Shown here: one piece after another, positions 40,174-52,282 of the stretch | How positions within the stretch are numbered: position 1 is the stretch's first letter | Layout of the letters: each line of letters starts with the position of its first letter | From: Halopseudomonas sp. | GTDB taxonomy: Bacteria; Pseudomonadota; Gammaproteobacteria; Pseudomonadales; Balneatricaceae | DNA length: 64,000 nucleotides | Assembly (NCBI GenBank): GCA_036960405.1 | Contig: JBALWS010000005.1 | Span: 10,137 to 74,136 of the forward strand | Reading direction: 5' to 3' | Program-made: the position numbers and the translations under genes | The notes under the pieces: model-generated | Told to the model about the DNA's origin: nothing | What the model saw: only the letters and a program-made list of their open reading frames with translations | Databases searched by the model: none

Positions 40174-40455
40174 TTATCCGCTATTCTTGAGCCAAAACAC
40201 CACCACCGAGGTGGTCTCTTCAAAGCGCTCGATATGCGCTGCATTTGCCGGCACATGGAACCAATCGCCTTTGCGGTATGCACGCTCTTCACCTTCAACC
40301 GTCAACAACAAGCAACCTTCGGTGATGGTGCCGTAATTGGTTGTATCGTGGGTATGTTCGGCAACTGTACAGGGCTCGCGGGTGCCAAAACTGACATCGC
40401 AATGATCAGTTTCAACTTTGGCAAGTTTGCGAATCTCTTCGGGGAGGTGTGCCAT
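40174..40455 (-). CDS. Cupin domain protein
   Basis: EHTH...EG and PANAAH metal-binding motifs; co-oriented with nor genes, 30 bp gap. Confidence 0.82.
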   Translation of the reverse strand: MAHLPEEIRKLAKVETDHCDVSFGTREPCTVAEHTHDTTNYGTITEGCLLLTVEGEERAYRKGDWFHVPANAAHIERFEETTSVVVFWLKNSG

Positions 40456-40485
40456 TAATCTACTTCTCGTTAAGGTTAAAAAATA

Positions 40486-40803
40486 TCACAACGTAGTCAA
40501 ACGCCGCAGTGGTTCGGGAAATATCAACGCCAACGCGATCAGCACCGGCAATACGTAAAAGTAAGCCAGCATCATGCCACGGATCAACGGCGGCGCGTGG
40601 CGCAGCCCCATCAAGCGATCAACCACCAACTGGCCTTTAATCGCGACCACCAGGCAGACCACGATCACGACCCCTGCGGTCGGGTCGATCGATTCGGCGA
40701 TCAGTGCCGAGCCCAGAGTCAGTACGATCAATACCATCCAGGCGCGTCGCAGCAACTTATCACCCATTACACTGTTTTCATCGTTCATAACGTCTTGATC
40801 CAT
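40486..40803 (-). CDS. norF: NorF/NirP-like small membrane protein (cytochrome oxidase subunit IV family)
   Basis: Three hydrophobic helices, AIKGQLVVDRLMGLR; follows norE. Confidence 0.8.
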   Translation of the reverse strand: MDQDVMNDENSVMGDKLLRRAWMVLIVLTLGSALIAESIDPTAGVVIVVCLVVAIKGQLVVDRLMGLRHAPPLIRGMMLAYFYVLPVLIALALIFPEPLRRLTTL

Positions 40804-40810
40804 AACTGCG

Positions 40811-41434
40811 CTACCTCATCACGTACAGCAGAGGGAAGATGATGATCCAAACCAGATCGATCATATGCCAGTAACAGGCGGCGCCTTCGAGCCCTTCGTG
40901 TTCGGCCGGGGTGAAGTGGCCCCAATAGGTCCGCAACCCGGCCCAGCCGATCGCGCACATCCCCACCAACACATGCAGCAAGTGGTTAAAGGTCAGGTAG
41001 TAATACAGGCTATAAAACGCATCGGTACGGACATCGAGCCCGGAGGCGTGATTCCACTGGTACTCCCAGGCTTTGACGGCGCAATACCCGAGGCCACATC
41101 CGATGGTCGCACCGAGCCAGCGTAGGCAACGGTTAACCTGCCCGATCCGTATCGCCGCCATCGATCGGGCGACGCAATAACTGCTGCTGATCAGCAGCAA
41201 CGTATTGATCACACCCGCCCAGGTATTGAGTTTGGTCGGTCCCTCGGCGAACAGCTCCGGGTTATGGCTACGCACCACCAGAAACACCAGAAAGAACAGC
41301 GCGAACTCGGAAACTTCGGCCCAGATCAGAATCCACACCGCAATGTTTGCCGGGGACTGCTTGGCCGCAGACTGACTGGCGAGGGAGCCACCCAGCTCAG
41401 GCTCGCTAGTAATAGCAGCGGGACTATCAGCCAT
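40811..41434 (-). CDS. norE: NorE/NirO (cytochrome c oxidase subunit III-like)
   Basis: WILIWAEVSEF, NTLLLISSS, KAWEY, HLLHV, YWHMIDLVW. Confidence 0.88.
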   Translation of the reverse strand: MADSPAAITSEPELGGSLASQSAAKQSPANIAVWILIWAEVSEFALFFLVFLVVRSHNPELFAEGPTKLNTWAGVINTLLLISSSYCVARSMAAIRIGQVNRCLRWLGATIGCGLGYCAVKAWEYQWNHASGLDVRTDAFYSLYYYLTFNHLLHVLVGMCAIGWAGLRTYWGHFTPAEHEGLEGAACYWHMIDLVWIIIFPLLYVMR

Positions 41435-42213
41435 TAAAAGTGACCTTGAATCAAACGATCGATCGCCGCAAGGGTCTCGCTATCGTCGGTTAGCGGCTGC
41501 GCCATACAGACCTGGCAGGCTTCAACAGCGGGCAGGCCCGAGCGGATCATCAACGCGGTGTAGATCAGCAACCGGGTCGAGGCAGCCTCTTCCAGATCGT
41601 GGTCCTTGAGGCGGCGTAGATCATTGGCCAGCGTCACCAACTGCTGTACCGTCTGCTTATCGAGCCCCGATTCCTGACAGACGATCACCACCTCCTGTTC
41701 AGGTGATGGGTATTCGAAACTCAACGCCACGAAGCGCTGCCGGGTGCTGGGCTTCAAGCCCTTCATCAGATTTTGATAGCCGGGGTTGTAAGAGATCACC
41801 AACATGAAATCGGGGTGCGCTTTGATCAGCTCGCCAGTACGTTCGATCGGTAATAGCCGGCGATGATCCGACAGCGGATGCAGCACCACTGTAGTATCCT
41901 TGCGCGCTTCCACCACCTCATCGAGATAACAGATGCCGCCTTCGCGTACCGCCCGCGTCAACGGGCCATCCTGCCAATACGTGCCGTCTGCGCCGATTAG
42001 ATGGCGCCCAACCAGATCGGCGGCGGTTAGATCATCGTGGCAGGCGATGGTATGCACCGAGCGGCCCAATTGTTCGGCCATATGTTCGACAAAACGGGTC
42101 TTACCGCAGCCGGTAGGACCTTTTATCAGCACCGGTAAGCAATTGGCTGCCGCCGCCTTAAATATTTCAATCTCGCGCCCTTGTGGCAGGTAATGGTTTT
42201 CGGTGGACATCAT
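41434..42213 (-). CDS. norQ: NorQ/NirQ MoxR-type AAA+ ATPase
   Basis: GPTGCGKT, CHDDLTAADLVGR, YLDEVVEAR, SYNPGYQ, STRLL. Confidence 0.95.
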   Translation of the reverse strand: MMSTENHYLPQGREIEIFKAAAANCLPVLIKGPTGCGKTRFVEHMAEQLGRSVHTIACHDDLTAADLVGRHLIGADGTYWQDGPLTRAVREGGICYLDEVVEARKDTTVVLHPLSDHRRLLPIERTGELIKAHPDFMLVISYNPGYQNLMKGLKPSTRQRFVALSFEYPSPEQEVVIVCQESGLDKQTVQQLVTLANDLRRLKDHDLEEAASTRLLIYTALMIRSGLPAVEACQVCMAQPLTDDSETLAAIDRLIQGHF

Positions 42214-42237
42214 AGGTTCCTCGATACAAGCAGCGGG

Positions 42238-44064
42238 TTATGCACTCGTGCCAGTCAGATTGAGATAGAGTCGGGGCAGCAGCACCGGCAGTCGAGCCAG
42301 GTCACTGATGACGGCAAAGCCTTGATCACCAAACAGATACGGCAGGTAGTCGTTACCCTGTTCATCGATGGTGACGCAGAACGGCTGCAGTCCAGCCTGC
42401 TTGGCCTCCAGCACCGCCCGGCGGGTATCTTCGACACCATAGCGCCCTTCGTAGCGATCGATATCGTTAGGTTTGCCGTCCGACAGGATTAACAGCAACC
42501 GCTGCTGCGCCTTTTGCTGCTGCAAGATCGCGGTGGATTGACGAATAGCCGCGCCCATGCGGGTATAAAAGCCCGGCTTAACCGCCAGGATGCGACCCCG
42601 GGCTTCATCGCCGTAGGGTTCGTTAAAGTTTTTCAGCAGCTGGTAGCGTACCTGCTTGTTTTTGACCGACGAGAAACCGTAGATCGCGAACGGATCCCGG
42701 GTGCCCGATAACGCCTCGGCAAACAGCAGCATCGAATCGCGAATCAGGTCGATCACCCGTTGATTGCCGTTGATCCCCGCATCGGTCGACATCGACAAGT
42801 CGGCCAACAACAGACAGGCCAGGTCACGATGTGGCTGGTTGCGATCCAGATAGAAATCCTGCGAGGTCTGGTTTTGTGATGGCTGGGTTTTAAAATCCAT
42901 CCAGGCGTCCAGATCGATCTCGTCCCCTTGCGGCTGCCGTTTTTGGATTCGCAACTCGGGGCGCAACATACTAAAGCGGTTTTTCAGCGCCCGGGCTTGC
43001 GCTCGCAGCGATTCGGGTACCGCGGCGGGTAACGCGTCATCGGCCAGCATTGGCTGCAACAAGCAGTAATCTTCGATCAACGCCTGCTTGCGATAATCCC
43101 ATTCCGGCAACAAAATCCCCTCGCCAACCGGCAGATCATCGTGTTGTGGCGAGGGCAGATCCATATCGAATTTTATCCCTGACGACCCCGCCCGGCGCTG
43201 CTGCGACAGGCTGATAATATCCAGATCTTCGGCAACGCCATTCAGGTCCTGATCCAGGTCCTCCTCCTGGGGCCGATCCAACGATACTTTCTCGGTCCAG
43301 CTGAACAGGCATTCCAATTTGAACACCAGCAGGCCGTCGGTCTCTTTACTGTCATCGATACGTTCGGCCTGCTTGCGGCTGCCTGGCAGGGTTTCGCTGG
43401 CCTTATTGCCATCGCCCTGATCATCCAGATCATCCTCGGAAGCCACGCCCAACAGCTGTAACGGGGCCGGATAGATCCACAGCAGTACCGGCAAGGGATC
43501 GCCCTTGGCACGGGGCAGAAAGGCAACACTGCCTGGGTCGCGAATCGCCTGCTGTATCGCAGCTTCTCGCTCGCGCTCGGCGCCTTTGAGGCTCTCTAAT
43601 AGGGGGCGGGTGATCAGTGTTGCGGCGGCCAGTCGATGGTAACCTTCGGCCAAGCCCGGGCGCTTTTTCAACAGCGCCAGCGTGGCCTGTTGATTATCTA
43701 TGAACCAATGGCGAACAGTAGGTTGTTGAGCCGCCATCGCAGTCAACCAGAAATACAGCGATTCGTTCAGCTGAGGATCGTCAAAACAGGCCAGCGACAG
43801 TGGTAACCGCAGACTGCGTTCGTCCTGCCAACACACAGGGAAGCGACGATGACTACCCGCCACCCGCTGCGCTAGCTTGCGTCGGGTGCTAAAACTGCGT
43901 GGCTCAGCTCCCTCTACGCTCTTTCCTGGCTCCCCTCCCAACGCACGGAAATAGGTCGCCAACTGCGTTTGTAGACCGACCAACTCGACCCGCGCCTCGA
44001 CAAAATCGGTCCGACTCTGGCGGGTAATCAGCTTGTGCCAAATTTCACCAACAAACTCTTCCAT
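42238..44064 (-). CDS. norD: NorD VWA-domain activation protein
   Basis: MEEFVGEIWHKLIT, LPEWDY, MIDAS DLSMS, PGFYTRMGAAIR, SDGKPND. Confidence 0.95.
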   Translation of the reverse strand: MEEFVGEIWHKLITRQSRTDFVEARVELVGLQTQLATYFRALGGEPGKSVEGAEPRSFSTRRKLAQRVAGSHRRFPVCWQDERSLRLPLSLACFDDPQLNESLYFWLTAMAAQQPTVRHWFIDNQQATLALLKKRPGLAEGYHRLAAATLITRPLLESLKGAEREREAAIQQAIRDPGSVAFLPRAKGDPLPVLLWIYPAPLQLLGVASEDDLDDQGDGNKASETLPGSRKQAERIDDSKETDGLLVFKLECLFSWTEKVSLDRPQEEDLDQDLNGVAEDLDIISLSQQRRAGSSGIKFDMDLPSPQHDDLPVGEGILLPEWDYRKQALIEDYCLLQPMLADDALPAAVPESLRAQARALKNRFSMLRPELRIQKRQPQGDEIDLDAWMDFKTQPSQNQTSQDFYLDRNQPHRDLACLLLADLSMSTDAGINGNQRVIDLIRDSMLLFAEALSGTRDPFAIYGFSSVKNKQVRYQLLKNFNEPYGDEARGRILAVKPGFYTRMGAAIRQSTAILQQQKAQQRLLLILSDGKPNDIDRYEGRYGVEDTRRAVLEAKQAGLQPFCVTIDEQGNDYLPYLFGDQGFAVISDLARLPVLLPRLYLNLTGTSA

Positions 44065-44100
44065 CGCTGCCTCACTTGATATTCGATGCGATGCCGATCA

Positions 44101-44198
44101 GCTCTGCACACTCAACTGCTTTTGTTCAGCAGATTATTAACAGTGTGCAGAGCGGATAGGACCACGAGGTTGATAAAGAGGGGCCGCGAACGGCCCCT
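44101..44198. other. Two stem-loops in the norB-norD spacer
   Basis: AGGGGCCG-CGAA-CGGCCCCT (44179-44198) and GCTCTGCACACT...AGTGTGCAGAGC (44101-44153). Confidence 0.7.
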
Positions 44199-44210
44199 TG
44201 CGATCAGTGC

Positions 44211-46087
<1,877 letters not shown>

Positions 46088-46098
<11 letters not shown>

Positions 46099-46162
46099 GA
46101 GGATCGCCTCCCGCGGTAATCACCGCAACCGACCCTGAAGGCCACATAAGTAACTGCTGCAT
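46088..46162 (-). CDS. Candidate 24-aa upstream ORF overlapping the norC start
   Basis: GAAGGAG-7 nt-ATG; MQQLLMWPSGSVAVITAGGDPHGR*; stop 11 nt inside norC in another frame. Confidence 0.4.
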
Positions 46163-46209
46163 AATTAGGCTCCTTCGCCTGAATAAATAATTGTTATCGA
46201 CTTAGGTAT

Positions 46210-46226
46210 TACAATGTTCGTGCCAA
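46210..46226 (-). promoter_or_regulatory. sigma54 promoter for norC operon
   Basis: TTGGCACGAACATTGTA vs consensus YTGGCACGRNNNTTGCW (one change at -12, C to T). Confidence 0.75.
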
Positions 46227-46230
46227 CAAT

Positions 46231-46243
46231 TAAAGCATTGTTT
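46231..46243 (-). promoter_or_regulatory. Candidate IHF site
   Basis: AAACAA-TGCT-TTA vs WATCAA-N4-TTR (1 mismatch), AT-rich, between enhancer and sigma54 promoter. Confidence 0.45.
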
Positions 46244-46263
46244 TAAATGGCTTTATTTATAAC

Positions 46264-46280
46264 GTTGTAATATTGACAAC
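46264..46280. promoter_or_regulatory. NorR binding site (GT-N7-AC); further degenerate copies at about 46290-46306
   Basis: GTT-GTAATATTGAC-AAC. Confidence 0.7.
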
Positions 46281-46318
46281 CGAGAGTATGATGTCATTAC
46301 GATAACACGGATATCAAA

Positions 46319-47893
46319 ATGACAACGCGCACCTTCTTCGATACGCTGACGTCTATCGTCACCGACCTGTCACGCGACCTGCCTGCCGAACAGCGTTACC
46401 GCAACTTGCTAGAAGCGCTGCTAAAACTGTATCCCTGCGATGCGGCGGCGCTGCTCAAACTCGAAGGCAAGCAGCTGCGACCGCTGGCATTCGAAGGCCT
46501 CAGCCTCGACACCCTCGGTCGCCGCTTCGAGGTAACGGAGCACCCGCGGCTGGCCAAGCTGCTGCACTCGCGTGAACCGATTCGATTCGAAGCCAGTTCG
46601 CCGCTACCCGACCCTTACGATGGCCTGGTCGCCAACCAAGACATGCAGCTGCACGTACACGACTGTATGGGCGCGTCGCTGTATATCGACGATCTGCCCT
46701 GGGGCGTACTGACACTGGATGCGATAGACCCCGGCACCTTCGACCCGATCGACCCGGTCGAGCTGCGCACCTTTATCAGCCTCACCGAAGCCACGGTCAA
46801 AGCGGCCGACCGGATGGATGCGTTGGCCGCCAAGGCCGAGCGGCAACAGTTGGTCGCGCGCACCCTGATGGATGAAAAAGATGCCGAGTCGGAGATGATC
46901 GGTACCAGCACGGTGATGGAAAAACTGAAGCAGGAGGTCTCGATCGTTGCTCAATCGCACCTGTCGGTGCTGGTCCAAGGCGAAACCGGGGTTGGTAAGG
47001 AACTGGTGGCCCGGCAGATTCACTACCAGTCACAACGCAGCCAAAATCCGTTAGTGCAGATCAACTGTGCCGCGTTACCGGAAAACCTGGCCGAGAGCGA
47101 ACTGTTCGGCCACGTTAAAGGGGCGTTTTCCGGCGCAGGAACCGATCGGGCCGGTAAGTTTGAGATCGCCGACGGCGGCACCCTGTTTCTGGATGAGATA
47201 GGCGAACTACCGCTCAGCATCCAAGCCAAGCTACTGCGCGCGCTGCAAAGCGGCGAGATTCAACGCGTGGGGCGTGACCAGCCGCTACAGGTAGATGTCC
47301 GCATCGTTGCCGCCACCAACCGCGACCTGCAACAGGAGGTCAACGCCGGACGCTTCCGCGCCGACCTGTACCACCGCCTGAGCGTCTACCCGCTGCTCGT
47401 TCCGCCACTGCGAGAGCGCCAGCAAGATGTGCTGCAACTGGCAGGCTACCTGCTCGAGGTAGACCAACGACGGCTCGGCGCGCAGGGCTTACGCTTGTCC
47501 GAAGATGCCAAGTTAATCCTGCTCAGTTATCCCTGGCCCGGCAACGTTCGCGAGCTCGGTCACCTGCTCAGCCGCGCTGCGCTGAAAGCGATCACCAGTC
47601 AAGGCCGCGACAGCCGCACCATCATCATCGCCGCCAGCCATCTGGGGTTGGACGCGAGTGATTGGAATGAGATAACGCTCGATAAGCCCAGTGGCGCGGC
47701 CGTGCTGGCGCCCGCTACCAGCATGGCTCAAGAAGTCAGCCTGAAACAGGCAACCGAACAGTTTCAGCGCCAATTGATCGAGGCAGTATTGACCCAACAC
47801 CAAGGCAATCAAGCGGCCGCAGCACGGCAACTAGGGATACACCGCAGCAATTTTTACCGGCTACTGCAGCGTTACCAGATCCAGCCAAAGTGA
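46319..47893 (+). CDS. norR: NO-responsive sigma54-dependent activator NorR
   Basis: GAF with [23 protein letters not shown] (Fe-site residues); AAA+ [23 protein letters not shown]; C-terminal HTH. Confidence 0.95.
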   Translation: MTTRTFFDTLTSIVTDLSRDLPAEQRYRNLLEALLKLYPCDAAALLKLEGKQLRPLAFEGLSLDTLGRRFEVTEHPRLAKLLHSREPIRFEASSPLPDPYDGLVANQDMQLHVHDCMGASLYIDDLPWGVLTLDAIDPGTFDPIDPVELRTFISLTEATVKAADRMDALAAKAERQQLVARTLMDEKDAESEMIGTSTVMEKLKQEVSIVAQSHLSVLVQGETGVGKELVARQIHYQSQRSQNPLVQINCAALPENLAESELFGHVKGAFSGAGTDRAGKFEIADGGTLFLDEIGELPLSIQAKLLRALQSGEIQRVGRDQPLQVDVRIVAATNRDLQQEVNAGRFRADLYHRLSVYPLLVPPLRERQQDVLQLAGYLLEVDQRRLGAQGLRLSEDAKLILLSYPWPGNVRELGHLLSRAALKAITSQGRDSRTIIIAASHLGLDASDWNEITLDKPSGAAVLAPATSMAQEVSLKQATEQFQRQLIEAVLTQHQGNQAAAARQLGIHRSNFYRLLQRYQIQPK

Positions 47894-48067
47894 AAAACAA
47901 CAGACTTAGTCGCGTGTTATAGAAGAAACGAAAAAATCCAACCCTCGACAAACACATGACTCAAATCAACGACCGCTTATACCCTAGGACTTCTAAGTCT
48001 TTTACCTATAGCTCCATTCAGTTGAGCTGATTAACCTATCATCACTAGCTTTAGTTTCATGCGTTAG

Positions 48068-49888
48068 ATGTTGTGCAACGGAGGCGGCATGGTTAGGCTC
48101 ATCTCCAAATCAGATTTCCCCATAGAACGGTCGATACGCCAGATAATTCTACCGCTGGTGATACTGATCACCGCTGTCGCAGCATCCATCCTCGCTATCG
48201 TTTACTACAGCATCGAGAAAGCCGACGTCGAGGCCAAGCTCTCATCCGAAAAACACGTTAGCGATATACTGAGGGACAAACGCAATCAGCTCGCCACTCT
48301 AGCTAAAGACTATGGCTATTGGGACGACACCATAAGAAACGCCTTTTACACTCAAGACTCTGACTGGATTTATCGCAATTTAGGCCGCTACCTAACCGAT
48401 ACGTTTTATATTTCCGAACTGCTCATTGTTGACGAGCAAAACCAGCCGGTTTTATCACTGCAGGATGGTGAACCGCTTGGCCAGCAGAACAGACTAGATA
48501 TCGAAGGAGGCCTGAGCGAACTGGTCGAGCTGGCTCGACAATCGGGTCCGATACCGGTTCCGGTGTCCACAATGCTGCTGGTCGATGGCCTGCCGGCGTT
48601 GGTCGGCGCATCGGTGCTGGCGGCTGAACAGCCAGGTTCGGTAGAGCTGCCAACGCCGCGCCCGGTCCTTATTCTGGCCAAACGCTTCGATCAGTTACGG
48701 CTCTCGCAACTATCCGAAAGCTTTGGTTTAGCAGAGCTACAACTAAAACAGCAAGAGAGCGCTCAAGTCCTAGAGAATCCTGCATCTATCGAAATACACG
48801 CATTGGATCAACGTTTACTCGGCAACCTCATTTGGCAGCCCAGTCAACCCGGTGCGCTCGTTCTCGGTTTTATCAAGACACCGTTGATCATCACGCTAGC
48901 GTTAATCGCGCTGCTGAGCATCCTGATCTTCAGCGTTTTTTTGCAATCGACCCGGCGGCTGGCCGACACCCATAAGATGATGTCCAGGCTGTCCAGTGCG
49001 ATCGAGCAAACCAACAGTGCGGTCCTAATTGGTAATCGCTCAGGCACTCTGGAATACGCTAATTCAGAATTTTTCAAGCTGTTCCAGCCCGCCGCTGACA
49101 ACACTCCGGTCAGCAAAATATCGGCCCTGCTGCCTGCGGAAAAGTTTCCCCGGTTGTATCGGGCGCTGATGTCAGCGCTCAACGAACAAGCCAGCTGGGC
49201 GGGAGAGTTTGAGCACCTGACCGCGCAGGGAACCGCACGGTGGATACACGCGACCATAACGCCAATCAAAGAGGGCGAGCGCTGCTCCCACGTCGTTTGC
49301 GTTGCCACCGATATTAGCGAAATGAAGCAAGCTTTTGACGAAATGGCTCACCTCGCCTCGCACGATGCGCTGACAGGGCTGGTCAATCGACGTCTTTTTA
49401 GCGAACTACTCGAGCAAGCGATGCACCTATCCAAACGCGATGGCAGCCACTACGCCTTGCTCTATCTCGACCTCGATCGATTTAAGCAGATCAACGATAC
49501 CTGGGGACACACGGCAGGCGACCAGCTACTCACCACCGTCGCGACACGGCTCAAAGAAAATGTACGGGAATCGGATGTAATTGCCCGGATCGGCGGCGAC
49601 GAATTCGTTGTCCTACTGCACAACATCGACAACCGCTCACACGTCGAGCAAACCACCATCGGCATCCTGAGGCACTTGACCCAGCCGATAGAGATTGGCG
49701 GCCACCCGGTTAACATCAGCGCCAGTGCCGGTATCGCGCTAATTCCTAAGGACGGCCTTGATCCGCACGTGATCACCAAGCGCGCCGACCTGGCGCTGTA
49801 TCAGAGTAAAAGACATGGCGGCAATGCCTACCACTTTTTCCGGGAAGATATGGAACAAAACCCGTTAACCGATGACTATCAGATCTAG
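48068..49888 (+). CDS. Diguanylate cyclase, CHASE4-PAS-GGDEF
   Basis: KDYGYWDD (CHASE4-like), PAS ending ATDIS, HDALTGL, RESD I-site, GGDEF. Confidence 0.92.
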   Translation: MLCNGGGMVRLISKSDFPIERSIRQIILPLVILITAVAASILAIVYYSIEKADVEAKLSSEKHVSDILRDKRNQLATLAKDYGYWDDTIRNAFYTQDSDWIYRNLGRYLTDTFYISELLIVDEQNQPVLSLQDGEPLGQQNRLDIEGGLSELVELARQSGPIPVPVSTMLLVDGLPALVGASVLAAEQPGSVELPTPRPVLILAKRFDQLRLSQLSESFGLAELQLKQQESAQVLENPASIEIHALDQRLLGNLIWQPSQPGALVLGFIKTPLIITLALIALLSILIFSVFLQSTRRLADTHKMMSRLSSAIEQTNSAVLIGNRSGTLEYANSEFFKLFQPAADNTPVSKISALLPAEKFPRLYRALMSALNEQASWAGEFEHLTAQGTARWIHATITPIKEGERCSHVVCVATDISEMKQAFDEMAHLASHDALTGLVNRRLFSELLEQAMHLSKRDGSHYALLYLDLDRFKQINDTWGHTAGDQLLTTVATRLKENVRESDVIARIGGDEFVVLLHNIDNRSHVEQTTIGILRHLTQPIEIGGHPVNISASAGIALIPKDGLDPHVITKRADLALYQSKRHGGNAYHFFREDMEQNPLTDDYQI

Positions 49889-49916
49889 GAAACCGGCCAA
49901 CAAGCCCTCGGGCAGA

Positions 49917-52199
49917 TCAGTAACCAAACTTTGATAACAAACCGTACTGAGCATTAATCGGCTCTTCGCCCTCTGCCCGCAACACTCTGCGATACGAGCC
50001 ATCGGTAAGCAGGTCCCAGGCCTGGGTATTATCCTGCAGATACAGATCCAGATCTTTAAGCGCCCGTTGCGCTTGCTTGGCGTTCAGCAGCGGAAAACAG
50101 GTTTCAACCCGGTTGAGCATATTACGCTCCATGAAGTCGGCGCTGGAACAGTAAACCTGCGGATCGCCGTCATTGAGAAACCAGTAAGTACGGCTGTGTT
50201 CAAGAAACCTGCCGATAATCGAGCGCACCCGGATCGTCTCCGACACCCCTTTTACGCTCGGTCGCAGACAACACATCCCCCGCACAATCAGATCAATCTC
50301 GACCCCGGCTTGCGAAGCCTTGTATAGGGCTTTAATCAATCGAGGTTCGGTCAAACCATTCACCTTAATAATGATCCGGGCGCTCTTTCCCTCCTTGGCA
50401 TTGCGGGCCTCGTTGGCGATCATCTCAATCAGCGTCTTGTGCAGTGTGAACGGCGCATTCAGCAACCGTTTCAAGCGCAGAATCTTGCCCATTCCGGTGA
50501 GCTGCTGAAACATCTTCTGAACATCCCCACCGACTTCGGGGTTGCAGGTCAGCAAGCTGTAATCGGTATAGATGCGAGCATTGCCCGAATGATAGTTGCC
50601 GGTACCCAGGTGAACATAGTTAACAAACCGGCCCTCTTCGCGGCGCACAATCAATGCCATCTTAGCGTGAGTTTTGTACCCCACCACGCCGTATACCACC
50701 AACGCGCCGGCCTCCTGCAAACGGCTGGCTAAGGCCAGGTTATTGGCCTCATCGAAACGCGCCCGCAACTCAATGACCGCGGTGACCTCTTTGCCATTAC
50801 GCGCGGCATCCACCAAGGCGGTGACAATTTCAGAATCGGCACCGGTACGGTACAGTGTTTGTCGAATCGACAGCACCTTCGGATCACTGGCAGCCAGACG
50901 CAGCAGATCTAATACCGGGGTAAAGGACTCAAAAGGATGATGCAACAGCACATCACCTTGCTTAAGAGCTTCAAACAGGTTGCCATTTGAGCGCAAACGT
51001 TTGGGTAAACCCGGGCTGAACGGGGCATATTTCAATTCGGGATGATCGATCAACTCGATCATGCTCATCATCCGGGTTAAGTTGACCGGACCGGGGACCA
51101 GATACAGCTCGTCAACGGTCAGGTTGTACTGCGTTAACAGGAACTTAACCAAGGGTTCGGGGCACTTTTCGGTGACCTCCAACCGCACCGCATCGCCATA
51201 ATGGCGACTGTGCAGCTCCCCCTTAAGGGTCAAGGCCAGATCTTCGACCTCATTTTGATCAAAATCCAGATCCGCATTACGGGTCAACCGAAACTGGTAG
51301 GACCCCTGAACCGTCATGCCCGGAAACAACTCGTCGGCAAACTCATGAATAATCGATGACAAAAACACAAGATTATCGCCATCGTCAGGGCAGACTTCCT
51401 CAGGCATCCGAATCACCCGCGGCAACGAACGCGGGGCAGGAATAATCGCCATCCCGCTGTCTCGGCCAAAGGCATCTTTGCCATCGAGTTGAACAATAAA
51501 ATTGAGACTCTTGTTGACTAGCCGTGGAAACGGATGCGATGGATCGAGCCCCAGCGGGCTAATCACCGGCTGAATATGATCCTGAAAATAGCCTTTGATC
51601 CACGCGCGCTGCGGCGGCGTCCATTCTTGGCGGCGCAGGAAAAAAATACGGTTGTCGTTAAGCGCGGGAAACAACACCTCGTTGAGAATTTTATACTGCC
51701 GAGTAACCAGCTCGTGACAGCGCGAACACAACTCTTGCAACACCTCTTTGGGGTGCATGCTATCCGCGCCAGATTGTTCACGCCCAAACTGAACTTGATG
51801 ACGCAACTCGGCCACCCGGATCTCAAAAAACTCATCCAGATTGCTAGAAAAGATCAGCAGGAACATCAGCCGTTCCATCAAAGGGTGGCTCTCATCCAAT
51901 GACTGATCGAGCACCCGGCTATTGAACTCAAGATGACTCAGATGGCGGTTAATGTAGTATTGGCTATCGTTAAGATCCGGCGTATCAGCCGCTAGCGGCA
52001 CTACCGAAGGCACCACCTCCAACTCGATACTGGCAACCACCTCCTCAGCAGTGGAATGAGATTGAGGTTCTACTGCTTCAGACTCTACGGATTGAGGGCC
52101 TGCGGTTTGAGGACCTGCGGATTGAACGCTGGCTTGATCCGTATTGGCTACTGCCAACTCTGCGCCTGCTACAACGTCTTCCGAATTCGCTACCGTCAT
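49917..52199 (-). CDS. ppk1: Polyphosphate kinase 1
   Basis: YINRHLSHLEFNSRVL, SSNLDEFFEIRV, SHPFP, LLHHPFESF, YKTHAK, GRFLEH; extra acidic N-terminal extension. Confidence 0.97.
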   Translation of the reverse strand: MTVANSEDVVAGAELAVANTDQASVQSAGPQTAGPQSVESEAVEPQSHSTAEEVVASIELEVVPSVVPLAADTPDLNDSQYYINRHLSHLEFNSRVLDQSLDESHPLMERLMFLLIFSSNLDEFFEIRVAELRHQVQFGREQSGADSMHPKEVLQELCSRCHELVTRQYKILNEVLFPALNDNRIFFLRRQEWTPPQRAWIKGYFQDHIQPVISPLGLDPSHPFPRLVNKSLNFIVQLDGKDAFGRDSGMAIIPAPRSLPRVIRMPEEVCPDDGDNLVFLSSIIHEFADELFPGMTVQGSYQFRLTRNADLDFDQNEVEDLALTLKGELHSRHYGDAVRLEVTEKCPEPLVKFLLTQYNLTVDELYLVPGPVNLTRMMSMIELIDHPELKYAPFSPGLPKRLRSNGNLFEALKQGDVLLHHPFESFTPVLDLLRLAASDPKVLSIRQTLYRTGADSEIVTALVDAARNGKEVTAVIELRARFDEANNLALASRLQEAGALVVYGVVGYKTHAKMALIVRREEGRFVNYVHLGTGNYHSGNARIYTDYSLLTCNPEVGGDVQKMFQQLTGMGKILRLKRLLNAPFTLHKTLIEMIANEARNAKEGKSARIIIKVNGLTEPRLIKALYKASQAGVEIDLIVRGMCCLRPSVKGVSETIRVRSIIGRFLEHSRTYWFLNDGDPQVYCSSADFMERNMLNRVETCFPLLNAKQAQRALKDLDLYLQDNTQAWDLLTDGSYRRVLRAEGEEPINAQYGLLSKFGY

Positions 52200-52282
52200 G
52201 CCCGTATCCTCCACTGTTTTCACGACCCCACTCCAGCCTACCACCCTTAAGTTACAAATAGATAACTAGCATCAACTGCTGA

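Noticed and set aside
40158-40175. Attachment-site direct repeat at nor islet edges (TTAACCG at about 40162 and 49868)
   Set aside because: Only 7 bp, and the second copy lies inside the DGC coding sequence; expected by chance
46100-46318. FNR/DNR/NnrR box upstream of norC
   Set aside because: No TTGAT-N4-ATCAA match; the palindrome present fits NorR GT-N7-AC instead
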